Source of the DNA: Bacteroidota bacterium | GTDB lineage: Bacteria; Bacteroidota; Bacteroidia; Bacteroidales; GCA-2748055 | Direction: 5' to 3' | DNA: 64,000 nucleotides | NCBI GenBank assembly: GCA_002748055.1 | Contig: PDRI01000096.1 | Location: 13,432-77,431 of the forward strand | Part shown: piece after piece, positions 28,084 through 37,800 of the stretch | Numbering within the stretch: position 1 is the stretch's first letter | How the letters are laid out: the number at the start of each line of letters is the position of its first letter | Notes under the pieces: generated by a model | The model's input: only the letters and a program-made list of their open reading frames with translations | Told to the model about the DNA's origin: nothing | Database searches by the model: none | Made by a program: the position numbers and the translations under genes

Positions 28084-29037
28084 TCAAGCACAATGATGTA
28101 GATTCAATTGCTTGTAACGCTTATCCATCACAGCCAGGTAAGCGTCTTTCATCTCACGGGTCAGGAATGAATTCTCAACCCAGTCATCGGCCAGTGGCCG
28201 GTTCCGCTGCATACGATGAAAGGCAGCCTTAACTTGTTTGGTCGTTAGCTGAAGCGAAGCACCCAGGGCCTCAAAATCAGCTCTGTTAAACTTGCTCTTC
28301 TTCCCGTGCATGGAAAGGGCCAGTTCTTCCCTGGCCTCGGGAAGGACCAGGGCCACATTCAACAAATCGTAAGCCGGCGCAAGCACCCAGCCGTAGGGCT
28401 TCTTAACCATCGAAAAGTTTTTCAGATGCATGTCATTGTTGCCTGTAAGGAAGCTGAACAGGGATACTTCAAAGAAATAAACCTTGTCGAGCCAGGGATT
28501 TGCAGAATGCAAATGGATGGCCTGGCCCACCTTTTCCATTGAACTCTTATGCTTATCAAAGGCCTGGGTAATCTGAAACATATCGAGCATATGAAGCTTC
28601 CCTCTCCGGGGATCCCGGTCGATGCGCCTGGCAATATAGGCAAGCTCCCCAGATGCCATGCGAATCAGAGAAGAAGGAACCACAGGAATTCCATAGGCTT
28701 TTGCCAGTTGCATGCTTAAGTGCTCATTCTCGGGCATTTCCCGAAAATGCTTTGCAGGCGGCTTAAAAATAAAGGATGCTCCAGGCCCGGCTCCGGTTTC
28801 AAGCCGACTATGCCCTGTACGCAACCCATCCTTTACAATATGAAGGGAAATTTTTGCCTGGACACCCGGAATGGAAATGTGCCTATCCGTCATCCGCCGG
28901 CCCTGTCGCTCGATCTGATCGAAGCGATGCGGCATGATGGGCGGGTGGATCTGCCCAAAAAAACTCCTGGAGCAGCGCTGGTGATAGCGCTCCTCCTCCC
29001 CAAGGGGTTCATAACAGTATAAACACTTACGCTTCAT
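28084..29037 (-). CDS. hipT: HipA-family Ser/Thr kinase toxin lacking the HipA N-subdomain (HipT-like)
   Basis: SIPGVQAK (Gly-rich loop), GNNDMHLKNFS (catalytic loop) and APAYDLLN (Mg-binding). The N-terminal CxxC...HxxC stretch is MKRKCLYCYEPL...YHQRC. 11-nt overlap with the upstream gene. Confidence 0.8.
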   Translation of the reverse strand: MKRKCLYCYEPLGEEERYHQRCSRSFFGQIHPPIMPHRFDQIERQGRRMTDRHISIPGVQAKISLHIVKDGLRTGHSRLETGAGPGASFIFKPPAKHFREMPENEHLSMQLAKAYGIPVVPSSLIRMASGELAYIARRIDRDPRRGKLHMLDMFQITQAFDKHKSSMEKVGQAIHLHSANPWLDKVYFFEVSLFSFLTGNNDMHLKNFSMVKKPYGWVLAPAYDLLNVALVLPEAREELALSMHGKKSKFNRADFEALGASLQLTTKQVKAAFHRMQRNRPLADDWVENSFLTREMKDAYLAVMDKRYKQLNLHHCA

Positions 29038-29362
29038 CGCCCTCTGTTTCAGCTATCACACTCACGGCTCCAATACAGTCCCTGCAACAGGCCAGCAGCA
29101 AGCCCATTCTGTCGTTCCTCTTAACCCCCCAACGGGTTATCGCCATATCCAGCAACCAGCCCTCCGGAAGCAAGGCCTCGAAAAAGGGAAACAAGCGTCG
29201 CTCCCTGTAAGGCATAGGACTTACAGGTAGAGAAAAACTCAAATGCTGGTCGGGATGGGCCAGGACATAGGCTTCATCGTACTGGAAAACGTATTCCCCG
29301 TCACCTGTATCGGTCAGAAGCCCGGCCAGCTCGTCTCCGTAATATACCTTCGCCCGTCTCAT
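29027..29362 (-). CDS. hipS: HipA N-terminal-subdomain protein (HipS-like)
   Basis: 111 aa. VYYGDELAGLLTDTGDGEYVFQYDEAY...LSFSLP...FPFFEALLPEGW is the HipA_N (couple_hipA) pattern, encoded as a separate ORF. Confidence 0.75.
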   Translation of the reverse strand: MRRAKVYYGDELAGLLTDTGDGEYVFQYDEAYVLAHPDQHLSFSLPVSPMPYRERRLFPFFEALLPEGWLLDMAITRWGVKRNDRMGLLLACCRDCIGAVSVIAETEGDEA

Positions 29363-29568
29363 TCTTCTTCTGCAATGCTCTTTACCGGCCCCAGTTCATG
29401 CCCGAACATGCGCAACACCAGGTTTACCGTATCCATGTTTAGATTCGTTTTTCCCTGCTCGATCTTCCGCACAACCGCAAGGGCAACACCAGCCCTTTCA
29501 GCAAATGCTTCTTGGGTAAGACCAGCTTCCTTTCGGCGGATTTTGACAAAACGGGCCAAGTCTTTCAT
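29359..29568 (-). CDS. hipB: XRE-family helix-turn-helix protein (HipB-like)
   Basis: 69 aa. IRRKEAGLTQEAFAERAGVALAVVRKIEQGK is a Cro/C1 HTH. ATGA overlap with hipS-like. Confidence 0.8.
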   Translation of the reverse strand: MKDLARFVKIRRKEAGLTQEAFAERAGVALAVVRKIEQGKTNLNMDTVNLVLRMFGHELGPVKSIAEEE

Positions 29569-29877
29569 TATATAGATTTAGATATATAATATGCTAATGT
29601 ACAAAATATATTGCATATATTATATAAATTCAATGATTATTTTTTATTTATATATTATTAGGTGCAGTATAAGTAATTATTGCTATTTTATATGTGTTTA
29701 AGAATATTATTGCCTATATTGCTATGTTTATATTAAATTAAATATATTATTCGAGGTATTCCTACTTTTATATTATTTTACGTATGCTTTTAGGTTTTAT
29801 ACTCTTTTTATATGTCTTTGCATATATCTGCGTCTCTGGTCTTCGATCGCTGTGTCCGCAAAAAGAACCGGCAGACC
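29569..29877. other. strongly AT-rich intergenic island with short recurring words (hip promoter region)
   Basis: Hand count gives 44 G/C in the 240 nt 29581-29820 (about 18% GC). It contains the palindrome AATATAT-TGC-ATATATT (29605-29621), TTGCATATAT twice (29611-29620 and 29818-29827) and ATTATTGC twice exactly 30 bp apart (29676 and 29706). Confidence 0.8.
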
Positions 29878-30810
29878 TTATCCCAGGTTAGCCCATACCT
29901 TTTGAATCAGGGCACGGGTAGCCAAAATCCCCTCATGTTCGGGTTTCTCAACCCCTTCATATTCGACCCCGATGTAACCATCGAAGCCAAAATCCTTCAC
30001 CACTTTGAGCATCTTGTGATAGTCGATGATTTTGTCCTCGCCAGCTTCATTAAAGTTGTAGGCCTTGGCACTTACCCCTCTGGCATAGGGAAGAAATTCC
30101 CTTACACCCGTATAGCGGTCATAAACCTCCTCGCATTCAAACTGGGTTGATCCCCATTTAGCACTCAGACACCAGTTCCCGAAATCGGGCAGGGTCCCTA
30201 AATTGTCCTTGGCCACTTCCTCAATGATTCCGACAATAAAAGCTGCATCGGAGGAGAAAAGCCCGTGGTTCTCAATAAGAATAGCAATATTCTCAGCAGC
30301 AGCATATTCGGCCAGCCTTCCCATTGCATCAACAATCGCAGCCCTGTAAACAGCCCGTTCGGGCTCTCCGAAAGCATTTACGCGAATCGAATGGCAACCA
30401 AGCATTTTTGCTGCATTTACCCACTTGTAGTGGTTCTCCACTGCCTGCTTACGAAGGGCATCATCAGCCACTCCCAAATCCCCTTCATTGTCGCACATAA
30501 TCAGCAAATTCTTCACACCAGCAGCATCTGAACGCTGTTTCATATCCTGCCAGAAATGTTCATCACTGCCCTGCTCCATAAAAAAGCCATTTACATATTC
30601 AACAGCCTCAAAACCATAATTTTCCGCAGCAATAGCTGCAAAATCCCTGGGATCCAGATCTCCACCAAAAAAGGCCCTGTTCAACGACCACTGTGCGAGT
30701 GACAATTTTGGGCCTGAAGGCCTGGTGCTACAGGATGAGATCAGGGATGGTGCAAGTGCAACTGCAGCGCTACCGACGCCCAGCCTTTGTATAAAGGTTC
30801 TTCTTTTCAT
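29878..30810 (-). CDS. sugar phosphate isomerase/epimerase (xylose-isomerase-like TIM barrel) with Tat signal and lipobox
   Basis: ATG at 30810 gives MKRRTFIQRLGVGSAAVALAPSLISSC. TIM-barrel AP-endonuclease-2-like sequence (GFEAVEY, IRVNAFG, IAILIENH). Confidence 0.75.
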   Translation of the reverse strand: MKRRTFIQRLGVGSAAVALAPSLISSCSTRPSGPKLSLAQWSLNRAFFGGDLDPRDFAAIAAENYGFEAVEYVNGFFMEQGSDEHFWQDMKQRSDAAGVKNLLIMCDNEGDLGVADDALRKQAVENHYKWVNAAKMLGCHSIRVNAFGEPERAVYRAAIVDAMGRLAEYAAAENIAILIENHGLFSSDAAFIVGIIEEVAKDNLGTLPDFGNWCLSAKWGSTQFECEEVYDRYTGVREFLPYARGVSAKAYNFNEAGEDKIIDYHKMLKVVKDFGFDGYIGVEYEGVEKPEHEGILATRALIQKVWANLG

Positions 30811-30967
30811 GGTGTTTATTTCATTCGTGTATAAAAACAAAATTCGTCTCTTTCGAATCCTGAAAAGCAATTTCAGCCCGTAGGCCACTAATTTTCTCAT
30901 GGGAACATGGAAGGAAAGCTGCGAAACAGCACTAAATTAGGATTCCTTCCCCGATTTCACAAACCAA

Positions 30968-31804
30968 TCATTCCACAATAAATACCGTATCAATCCGCGA
31001 GCGGGCCATAAAATAGCCCATGATCCCCTCTCCAAGGTTGGAAGCCGGGTTATATGGCGTTGCCGAAGTGGCCATTCTGCCATACAAGGTCTCATTGAGC
31101 TGACTGCAATAGACATAGCTTTTCTGATCGATGGAATAGAGTCTTAGCTCAAGGGTATCACCCACTTCGGTACCAAAGAGGAAGAGGCTCATCTCCAATG
31201 AAGAACCGTTCTCTCCGTACATATCAGTAGCCAAAAAATAGCCGAGATCGACGGGAACCTGGTTGTGCATCACCTTAAGCAAATAATTGTCCGGGCGTCC
31301 CGGATGATCGGTCAGGAAAAGAATAACCATACGGGGAAGACCTTCGGCCCTGGGTGGTGCAAAGGCCAATTCCTCACTAAAAATCCCGCGAATCTCTGCC
31401 GGTGGATAGAGATAACTACTACCCGCATAGTGCTTCCCATTCCTATCGATTTCCAGGGTGTAGTCCTTATCCGGCGTTCCCCTGAGCCGGCTCCCTTTGT
31501 AAACCCCATCGCCCAAACAGGTCAGCAGTTCTTCTTCTCCATCAGCCGTAAGCACACGCACAGTGGCATCTTCCACTGGCTCTTCTGCATCTGCTGAGAA
31601 ATAATCCGAACTCAGACTCAGCCGAACCCGGCACAGGGAATCCTTCTCCATATAGCCCTCGGCGACAAGCACCGGATCTGCACGGTTCAGATCAATCTCA
31701 ATAAGCTCCTCACAGGAGATCAGAAGACCTGTAAATACGGCTCCAAGAACAATTGTCTGAACCGGTTTCACTTGCTTCATCCCTGTAAATATCTTCATGG
31801 TCAA
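30968..31804 (-). CDS. DUF4249-like lipoprotein
   Basis: Lipobox LLISC, about 270 aa, starting 6 nt after the stop of a CarboxypepD_reg TonB receptor. This is the canonical DUF4249 context. Confidence 0.6.
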   Translation of the reverse strand: MTMKIFTGMKQVKPVQTIVLGAVFTGLLISCEELIEIDLNRADPVLVAEGYMEKDSLCRVRLSLSSDYFSADAEEPVEDATVRVLTADGEEELLTCLGDGVYKGSRLRGTPDKDYTLEIDRNGKHYAGSSYLYPPAEIRGIFSEELAFAPPRAEGLPRMVILFLTDHPGRPDNYLLKVMHNQVPVDLGYFLATDMYGENGSSLEMSLFLFGTEVGDTLELRLYSIDQKSYVYCSQLNETLYGRMATSATPYNPASNLGEGIMGYFMARSRIDTVFIVE

Positions 31805-31809
31805 AGGAG

Positions 31810-34134
31810 CTAAAACTTAAAGTTCCAGGTAAGAGAGGGGACAACACCGAAAAGGCTGAGTCGGACTGCCTCAGTTCTTCCCGGCATGCTTTCACTTTCC
31901 TGAAAACTGATGATGTAAGCGTTGTGGCGATTGTAGACATTGTAAACCGAAAAATTCCAGCCCGATTCAAATCGCTTCCCTGGCCTGCCATCAATGTGCA
32001 GGCTGAGATCGAGACGATGATAGTCCGGCATTCGGTAGCCGTTTCGCTCTGTGTAGTAGGAAAGGGTGTGCCCATCAAAAGTATACTTTCCGCTGGGAAA
32101 AGTGACCGCATTCCCGGTGTAGTACACCCAGGCCCCCGAAAGGGCTATCCGCTTGCTCAGCTGATAACTAAGCACCACCGACAGGTCATGAGTCTTGTCG
32201 TAGGTCGTTGAATACCAGTGCCCGTAATTAATCCCTTCGATCCGCTTTTCGGTCCTGGCCAGTGTATAGCTCAACCAGCCGGTAAACGCCCCGTTCTTCT
32301 TCTTCAGATAGACCTCCGCCCCGTAGCTGCGACCATCTCCCGCCAGGATACTGGCCTCCACATCCTCATTAAACAACACATTAGTTCCGTCTTCGTAGTC
32401 GGTCACTGCATCCATATCTTTGTAATAAGCTTCGAGGGAAAACTCCAGCGTGTTGTCGAGGAAATTCCGGAAATAGCCGGCCGAAACCTGATTTACGATC
32501 ACCGGTTTAATATTGGTCGTACTGGGCACCCAGGTATCTGTCGGCTGGCCCGAGGTAGCATTCGACAACAGGTGAAGATACTGTGCCATACGATTATAGG
32601 AGGCCTTGAACGCGTGCTTATTTCCGAGGCGGTAGTTTAGACTTATCCTGGGCTCAAAAGCCGTGTAAGTCTGCATAATCTCCCCGGCCTCAAAGTGCAC
32701 CGAATCAATCCGCTCGTTCAGTTCGTTAAAGCTGTAAGTGTTCCCTTCTCCGATCTGATTAAACATTGAGAAACGAAAGCCGTAGTTAGCCGCAAAGCGC
32801 TCTCCGATCTTCATCTCATTCGACACATAAATGCCCGATTCAAGTGCCTTTTTCTCGGGCAGAACGATCTTCGGTACGAAACTGCTGTCGGGATCGTCCG
32901 GCACCAACTCTCCTGGGCTGAAACGGTGATAGGTCGATTGCAGACCGAACTTGAGGGAATTCTCGGGATTCAGGAAGAAGCTCATATCTTCCTTGAGGCC
33001 CAGATTCTCAATACCTGCCGACATCTTAATTGCATCCATGATATTGAAAGCGTAGTCATAATTCGAATAAATAAAAGTCGTGTTGGAGAAGAGACGCGGA
33101 CCAAAGAGATGGTTCCAACGGGCAGTAAGGGTATTGTTACCCCAATTGATGCCGAAATCCTCATAACTGAAATCATCTGCACCATTGTAAGCCGAAAGAT
33201 AAAGCCGGTTATTCTCATTGATTCGGTAGTTGAACTTCGCATTCAGGTCATAGAAATAAAGCCCCATGTTGTTGTCAATATAACCTGCAAGCCTGGCCAT
33301 CAAATCTGCATAGCTGCGTCTGCCCGATAAGATAAAAGAACCCCTGTCTTTTACGATTGGCCCCTCCAGTGTCAATCGGGAGGAAATCAGACCAATACCT
33401 CCGGTGGCACCGAATTTCTGGTTATTCCCATCCCTCATTTGTATATCAACTACCGATGAGGCGCGCCCGCCATAATTGGCCGGAATGCCTCCTTTATAAA
33501 CAGATACATCTTTCACTGCATCTGCATTGAAAACCGAAAAGAAGCCCATCAGATGAGAGGAACTGTAAACCGGTGCCTCATCAAGCAGGATAAGGTTCTG
33601 GTCAATGGATCCGCCACGTACACTGAAGCCTGTTCCCCCTTCAGCCACAGTAGAGATCCCGGGCAACAATTGCAGGGTTTTAAGCAGATCTCTTTCGCCA
33701 AACAATACAGGCAATCTGGCAATTGAAGCCATGTCTACTTTCTCCACACCGATCTCGGCTGTGCGCAACCGCTGGTCGGCGCGTTCAGCCTTGACCACGA
33801 CCTCTTCGATCCGGGTAGGCAGGGACTCCAGCTTCAGATCAAAGGTCCGGCTACCCTTTATCGTCAAGGGCATTTGTATTCCCCTGTAGCCAATATAGGA
33901 GCACACCAGAACCACTTCTCCTGCAGGAATGGTCAGAGAATAAAAACCATAACTGTTCGATGCAGTTCCCAGACTGGTACCTGCTACAAAGACCGTCGCC
34001 CCGATCAGATTCTCACCCGTTTCAGCATCTGACACGTGACCACTAACAACGAAACGGTCCTGGGAGAGCCCATTCCATCCGTACAAGAGGGGAAAAACGG
34101 CCAGTACAAGAAGCCTAAGACCACGCTTTTTCAT
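31810..34134 (-). CDS. TonB-dependent receptor with N-terminal carboxypeptidase-regulatory-like domain
   Basis: FVVSGHVSDAETGENLIGATVFV...NSYGFYSLTIP is a CarboxypepD_reg domain, followed by a plug domain and barrel ending in TWNFKF. Confidence 0.85.
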   Translation of the reverse strand: MKKRGLRLLVLAVFPLLYGWNGLSQDRFVVSGHVSDAETGENLIGATVFVAGTSLGTASNSYGFYSLTIPAGEVVLVCSYIGYRGIQMPLTIKGSRTFDLKLESLPTRIEEVVVKAERADQRLRTAEIGVEKVDMASIARLPVLFGERDLLKTLQLLPGISTVAEGGTGFSVRGGSIDQNLILLDEAPVYSSSHLMGFFSVFNADAVKDVSVYKGGIPANYGGRASSVVDIQMRDGNNQKFGATGGIGLISSRLTLEGPIVKDRGSFILSGRRSYADLMARLAGYIDNNMGLYFYDLNAKFNYRINENNRLYLSAYNGADDFSYEDFGINWGNNTLTARWNHLFGPRLFSNTTFIYSNYDYAFNIMDAIKMSAGIENLGLKEDMSFFLNPENSLKFGLQSTYHRFSPGELVPDDPDSSFVPKIVLPEKKALESGIYVSNEMKIGERFAANYGFRFSMFNQIGEGNTYSFNELNERIDSVHFEAGEIMQTYTAFEPRISLNYRLGNKHAFKASYNRMAQYLHLLSNATSGQPTDTWVPSTTNIKPVIVNQVSAGYFRNFLDNTLEFSLEAYYKDMDAVTDYEDGTNVLFNEDVEASILAGDGRSYGAEVYLKKKNGAFTGWLSYTLARTEKRIEGINYGHWYSTTYDKTHDLSVVLSYQLSKRIALSGAWVYYTGNAVTFPSGKYTFDGHTLSYYTERNGYRMPDYHRLDLSLHIDGRPGKRFESGWNFSVYNVYNRHNAYIISFQESESMPGRTEAVRLSLFGVVPSLTWNFKF

Positions 34135-34291
34135 ACAGATCAGTAACTACACTAAAGAGTCATAAACAAAGAAATAGTTGCTGCAGGCTCTGTAAAACAA
34201 AAACATCCCGGCAAAAGCCGATCAGTTTAGATTTGCATACCCGGACATTTATGCCCTTGATAAAGAAGGATTTACACCAGTCTGAAAACTT

Positions 34292-34690
34292 CTATGTTTC
34301 CTCCCGGTCTCGTATAAGCTTTTTTCCCGCCCTTTCGGCGATATACTTCTCACCTCGCTTTCTGGCCCGCTCGGTCCGTTGCACAAACAAGGCATCGATG
34401 AAGGCGAATATAAGTCCGATTCCAATGAGAATGTAAAAGACCGTAAAGACTTTTCCGAAATCTGTAGCGGGAGAAAAATCACCATAGCCAACAGTGGTCA
34501 GGGTGATAGCAGAGAAATAGAAGGCATCCAGCCAGTGCCAGCCTTCAGTAAAATGATAAACGACTGTCCCACTCAGTAGAATCAAGCTCGTGGAAATACC
34601 GAGATAGATAAGCCTCCGCCTTCGATTCCTTTCATCAACCGGATCTGTTTTTGCTGCTGAAGCTTCAACCATAGGATTTTTCAGATTCAT
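34292..34690 (-). CDS. miniature two-TM potassium channel
   Basis: Selectivity filter TTVGYGD flanked by two hydrophobic helices. I prefer the start at ATG 34690 (the track start at 34765 is a TTG). No RCK or other gating domain. Confidence 0.7.
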   Translation of the reverse strand: MNLKNPMVEASAAKTDPVDERNRRRRLIYLGISTSLILLSGTVVYHFTEGWHWLDAFYFSAITLTTVGYGDFSPATDFGKVFTVFYILIGIGLIFAFIDALFVQRTERARKRGEKYIAERAGKKLIRDREET

Positions 34691-34881
34691 GATCCATTTA
34701 AACCCTAAAGATAGGGAACCTTTTTTAAGGGCTGAAATCCCCTGCAGAAACGCCTGCCCGGGCAACAGTAGTAAAAAAATACATCAGGCCTGTAAAATTA
34801 ATGCCCGGATAAAAGCAAAAACTGCAAGGAAATAAGTACTTTATTTCCCAAAAATTAGACCCCAATTTAGCCCCCCTAACA

Positions 34882-37800
34882 ATGAAAAGAGTTTATCCCC
34901 TTCTTCTCGGACTCCTCATCCTGATTGCCTGCAACGAAAAAAAGCCGCAATCCCCGACCGAAATAGACACAGCCTTTACTTCCTATGTCTCCGGATTTAC
35001 AAGTGGGGTGGTTTCCACAACCGCAGATATCAGCATCCGCCTGGTCTCGGAACTTCCTGAATCACAACGCAATGAGCTCCTTGAAAAAGCGCTCTTTCAG
35101 ATCAGGCCCGCACTCAAGGGAACACTCGTCTGGCTGGATAACAGAACCCTGGCCTTCAGGCCCGAACACAAAATGGAACCGGGCACAAACTATTCCTGCC
35201 GGTTCCGGCTCGACAAGCTCCTAGATGTCCCTGCTCGACTCGGCACTCTGGAATTCGAATTTCGAACCATGGCACAGGCTATGGCGGTTGAAATCGGTGG
35301 AATGACCTGCCTTGATGAAGAAGACCTTTCCTGGCAGCAGCTTTCGGGTATCCTGCGTACAGCCGACTTTGCCGATGCTGAAGCGATTGAACAAAGCCTC
35401 GAAGGCAGGCAAAAAGGAAGAATGCTTGGCATCGAATGGACACACAGCGAAGATGGAAGAACCCATGCTTTTAGGATCGATAGCATCGCCCGAAACGACG
35501 AAAAAGGAGAGCTTAACCTGCAATGGAAGGGCGAAGCCCTGGGATGCAGGGATGAGGGTAGTGAAACTGTCAGCATCCCCGCCCTGAACGAATTTACCCT
35601 TATGAAGGTGAATGTGGTACAACAACCCGAACAATACATCAGTGTATTCTTCTCGGATCCGGTTCGAAGAAACCAGGAACTGAATGGTCTGATCTATCTG
35701 TCGACAGAAGACGCCCTGAACTTTGAGCGCAGGGGCAACGAGGTCAGGTTGCATCCACAAAACCGCCTGGAAGGTGACAAAATACTCTATATTGACCGGG
35801 GACTCAGGAACAGCCTCGGCTATGCCCTTCCGAAAGAGTATCGCGAAGAGCTTCAGTTCACCAGCCTGGATCCGGCAGTTGAACTAATCGGTGATGGGGT
35901 TATTCTGCCCGGAAACGAGGGCTGGGCCTTCCCCTTCAGAGCAGTTAACCTTTCGGCAGTCAATCTGAAAATCATCAGGATTTACGAAGAAAACATCCCC
36001 CAGTTTTTCCAGGTAAACCAATACAGTGGAAGAGATGAACTGAGCCGGGTAGGACGCCTGGTGCTGAAGAAAGAAATCAAACTCACTGCAGACCGCCCCA
36101 TCGACTATGGTAAATGGAACCTTTTCTCGCTCGATCTGTCGGAACTCATCAAGGCCGCCCCTGGTGATATGTTCCACATCAGCCTGTCCTTCGACCGCAG
36201 CCAATCGCTTCTGCCATGTGCAAAAGAGGGGGCAGATGATTCCCTACGCGATGAAAACGAATCCGGCCACGGGGTGTCAGGTAGCGATGATCCCGAGATG
36301 GCTGTTTACGACAATCCTGTTTCCGATGGATATTACTGGAACGATTGGGAAGACTTCAACTGGTATGAGCGGGACGACCCCTGTACAGATGCTTATTACA
36401 TTTACAAGAAGAACCAGCACGAACTTGAACGGAATGTACTGGCCTCAAATCTGGGTATCATTGCCAAGCACGGGGAAGGGCAATCCCTTTTTGTCGCAGT
36501 AACGGATCTTGTGAATGCCAATCCGCTGAGCAATGTCGAAATAGAAATCTACAACTACCAACATCGCCTGCTTGGCAATGCAAAAACCGACCAGCAGGGA
36601 ATGGCCGAAATTCCTCTGGACAGAAAACCCTTTCTGCTGATTGCTAAACATGGGGCCCAACGGGGTTATCTCCGTCTCGACGATGGTTCATCCCTGTCGA
36701 CCAGCATGTTCGATGTTAGCGGGCAGCGGAATGAGCGCGGCATTGAAGGCCATTTGTATGGCGAACGGGGCGTCTGGCGACCGGGCGATTCTCTCTACCT
36801 TACCTTCGTGCTGGAGGATCCCCTCGGACAATTGCCCCAGGACCATCCGGTACGTTTTGAGTTATACAGTCCGGATATGCACTTGCAACAAAGCCGCACC
36901 CTGACCCACAACCTGAATGGGGTGTACGATTTCAGAACGGCTACCGAACCCGACGCAGTAACCGGAACCTGGCTGGCAAAAATCAGGGTTGGCGGACAAA
37001 ACTTCAGCAAAACCCTGCGCATCGAAACTGTAAAACCAAATCGCCTGAAGATCGGGCTCAACTTCGACAACCCCATCCTGCAACAGGGACGAAATCCCGG
37101 AACCATTCAGGCTCGCTGGCTGCATGGAGCAACTGCCGGAGACCTGAATGCCGATATTGAACTGGAGCTTAAGGCTGCTAACACTCCCTTCCCCGATTAT
37201 CCGGACTACCATTTCAACGATCCCTCGAAGTCATTCGAATCAACGGCCAGGCAGATTTATTCGGGCCGGCTTGATGCCGGGGGAGAGGCGCGCATCTCAG
37301 CCCTCATCGACGTTGAGGACCAGGCCCCGGGCATGCTTCAGGCGCGTTTTAAAACGCGGGTCTTTGAGCGCTCCGGCGATTTCAGCGTGGACAGGCAGAA
37401 TGTGCCTTTTGCGCCCTACCACCGCTTTGTCGGCGTCAAGGTTCCCAAAGGACCGGGCTGGAATGGAGCCCTCTATTCGAACGAAAGCAATATGATCCCC
37501 ATCGTGAGTGTCGATGCCCATGGCCGCCCGGTTGATATCTCCAACCTGAGGGTGGAAATTTTCGATGTCAACTGGCGCTGGTGGTGGGACCGTGATCAGA
37601 GCGACGACCTGGGTTCCTTTGTCAGAAACAGAAGTGAACACCTGGTCAGAAGTGGGCGCATCGCAACGGTGAATGGCAAGGCCATGTACGAACTGCGCTT
37701 CGATGAAGAACAGTGGGGACGAAAGCTAATTCGCATTAGCGACCCCAATGGTGGCCACAGCTGTGGACAAACCTTCTATGTAAGCTACAAGGGATATTGG

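Noticed and set aside
29591-29701. 36-codon ORF (MLMYKIYCIYYINSMIIFYLYIIRCSISNYCYFICV) inside the AT-rich island; considered as a type-I-toxin-like hydrophobic peptide
   Set aside because: Its composition simply mirrors the AT-rich DNA (Ile/Tyr/Phe/Asn codons). An open stretch of this length is not very improbable across six frames. It has no promoter or start context I can support. Worth a glance only if Ribo-seq exists.
29569-29877. Short repeats in the AT-rich island considered as a CRISPR array or tandem-repeat locus
   Set aside because: Repeats are only 8-10 nt, imperfect and without regular repeat-spacer periodicity beyond one 30-bp pair. There are no cas genes in the window.
28043-29877. 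hip cassette as a discrete mobile element
   Set aside because: I found no integrase, transposase, flanking direct repeats or tRNA target. Only the compositional island and the odd placement suggest acquisition, so it is not called a mobile_element.
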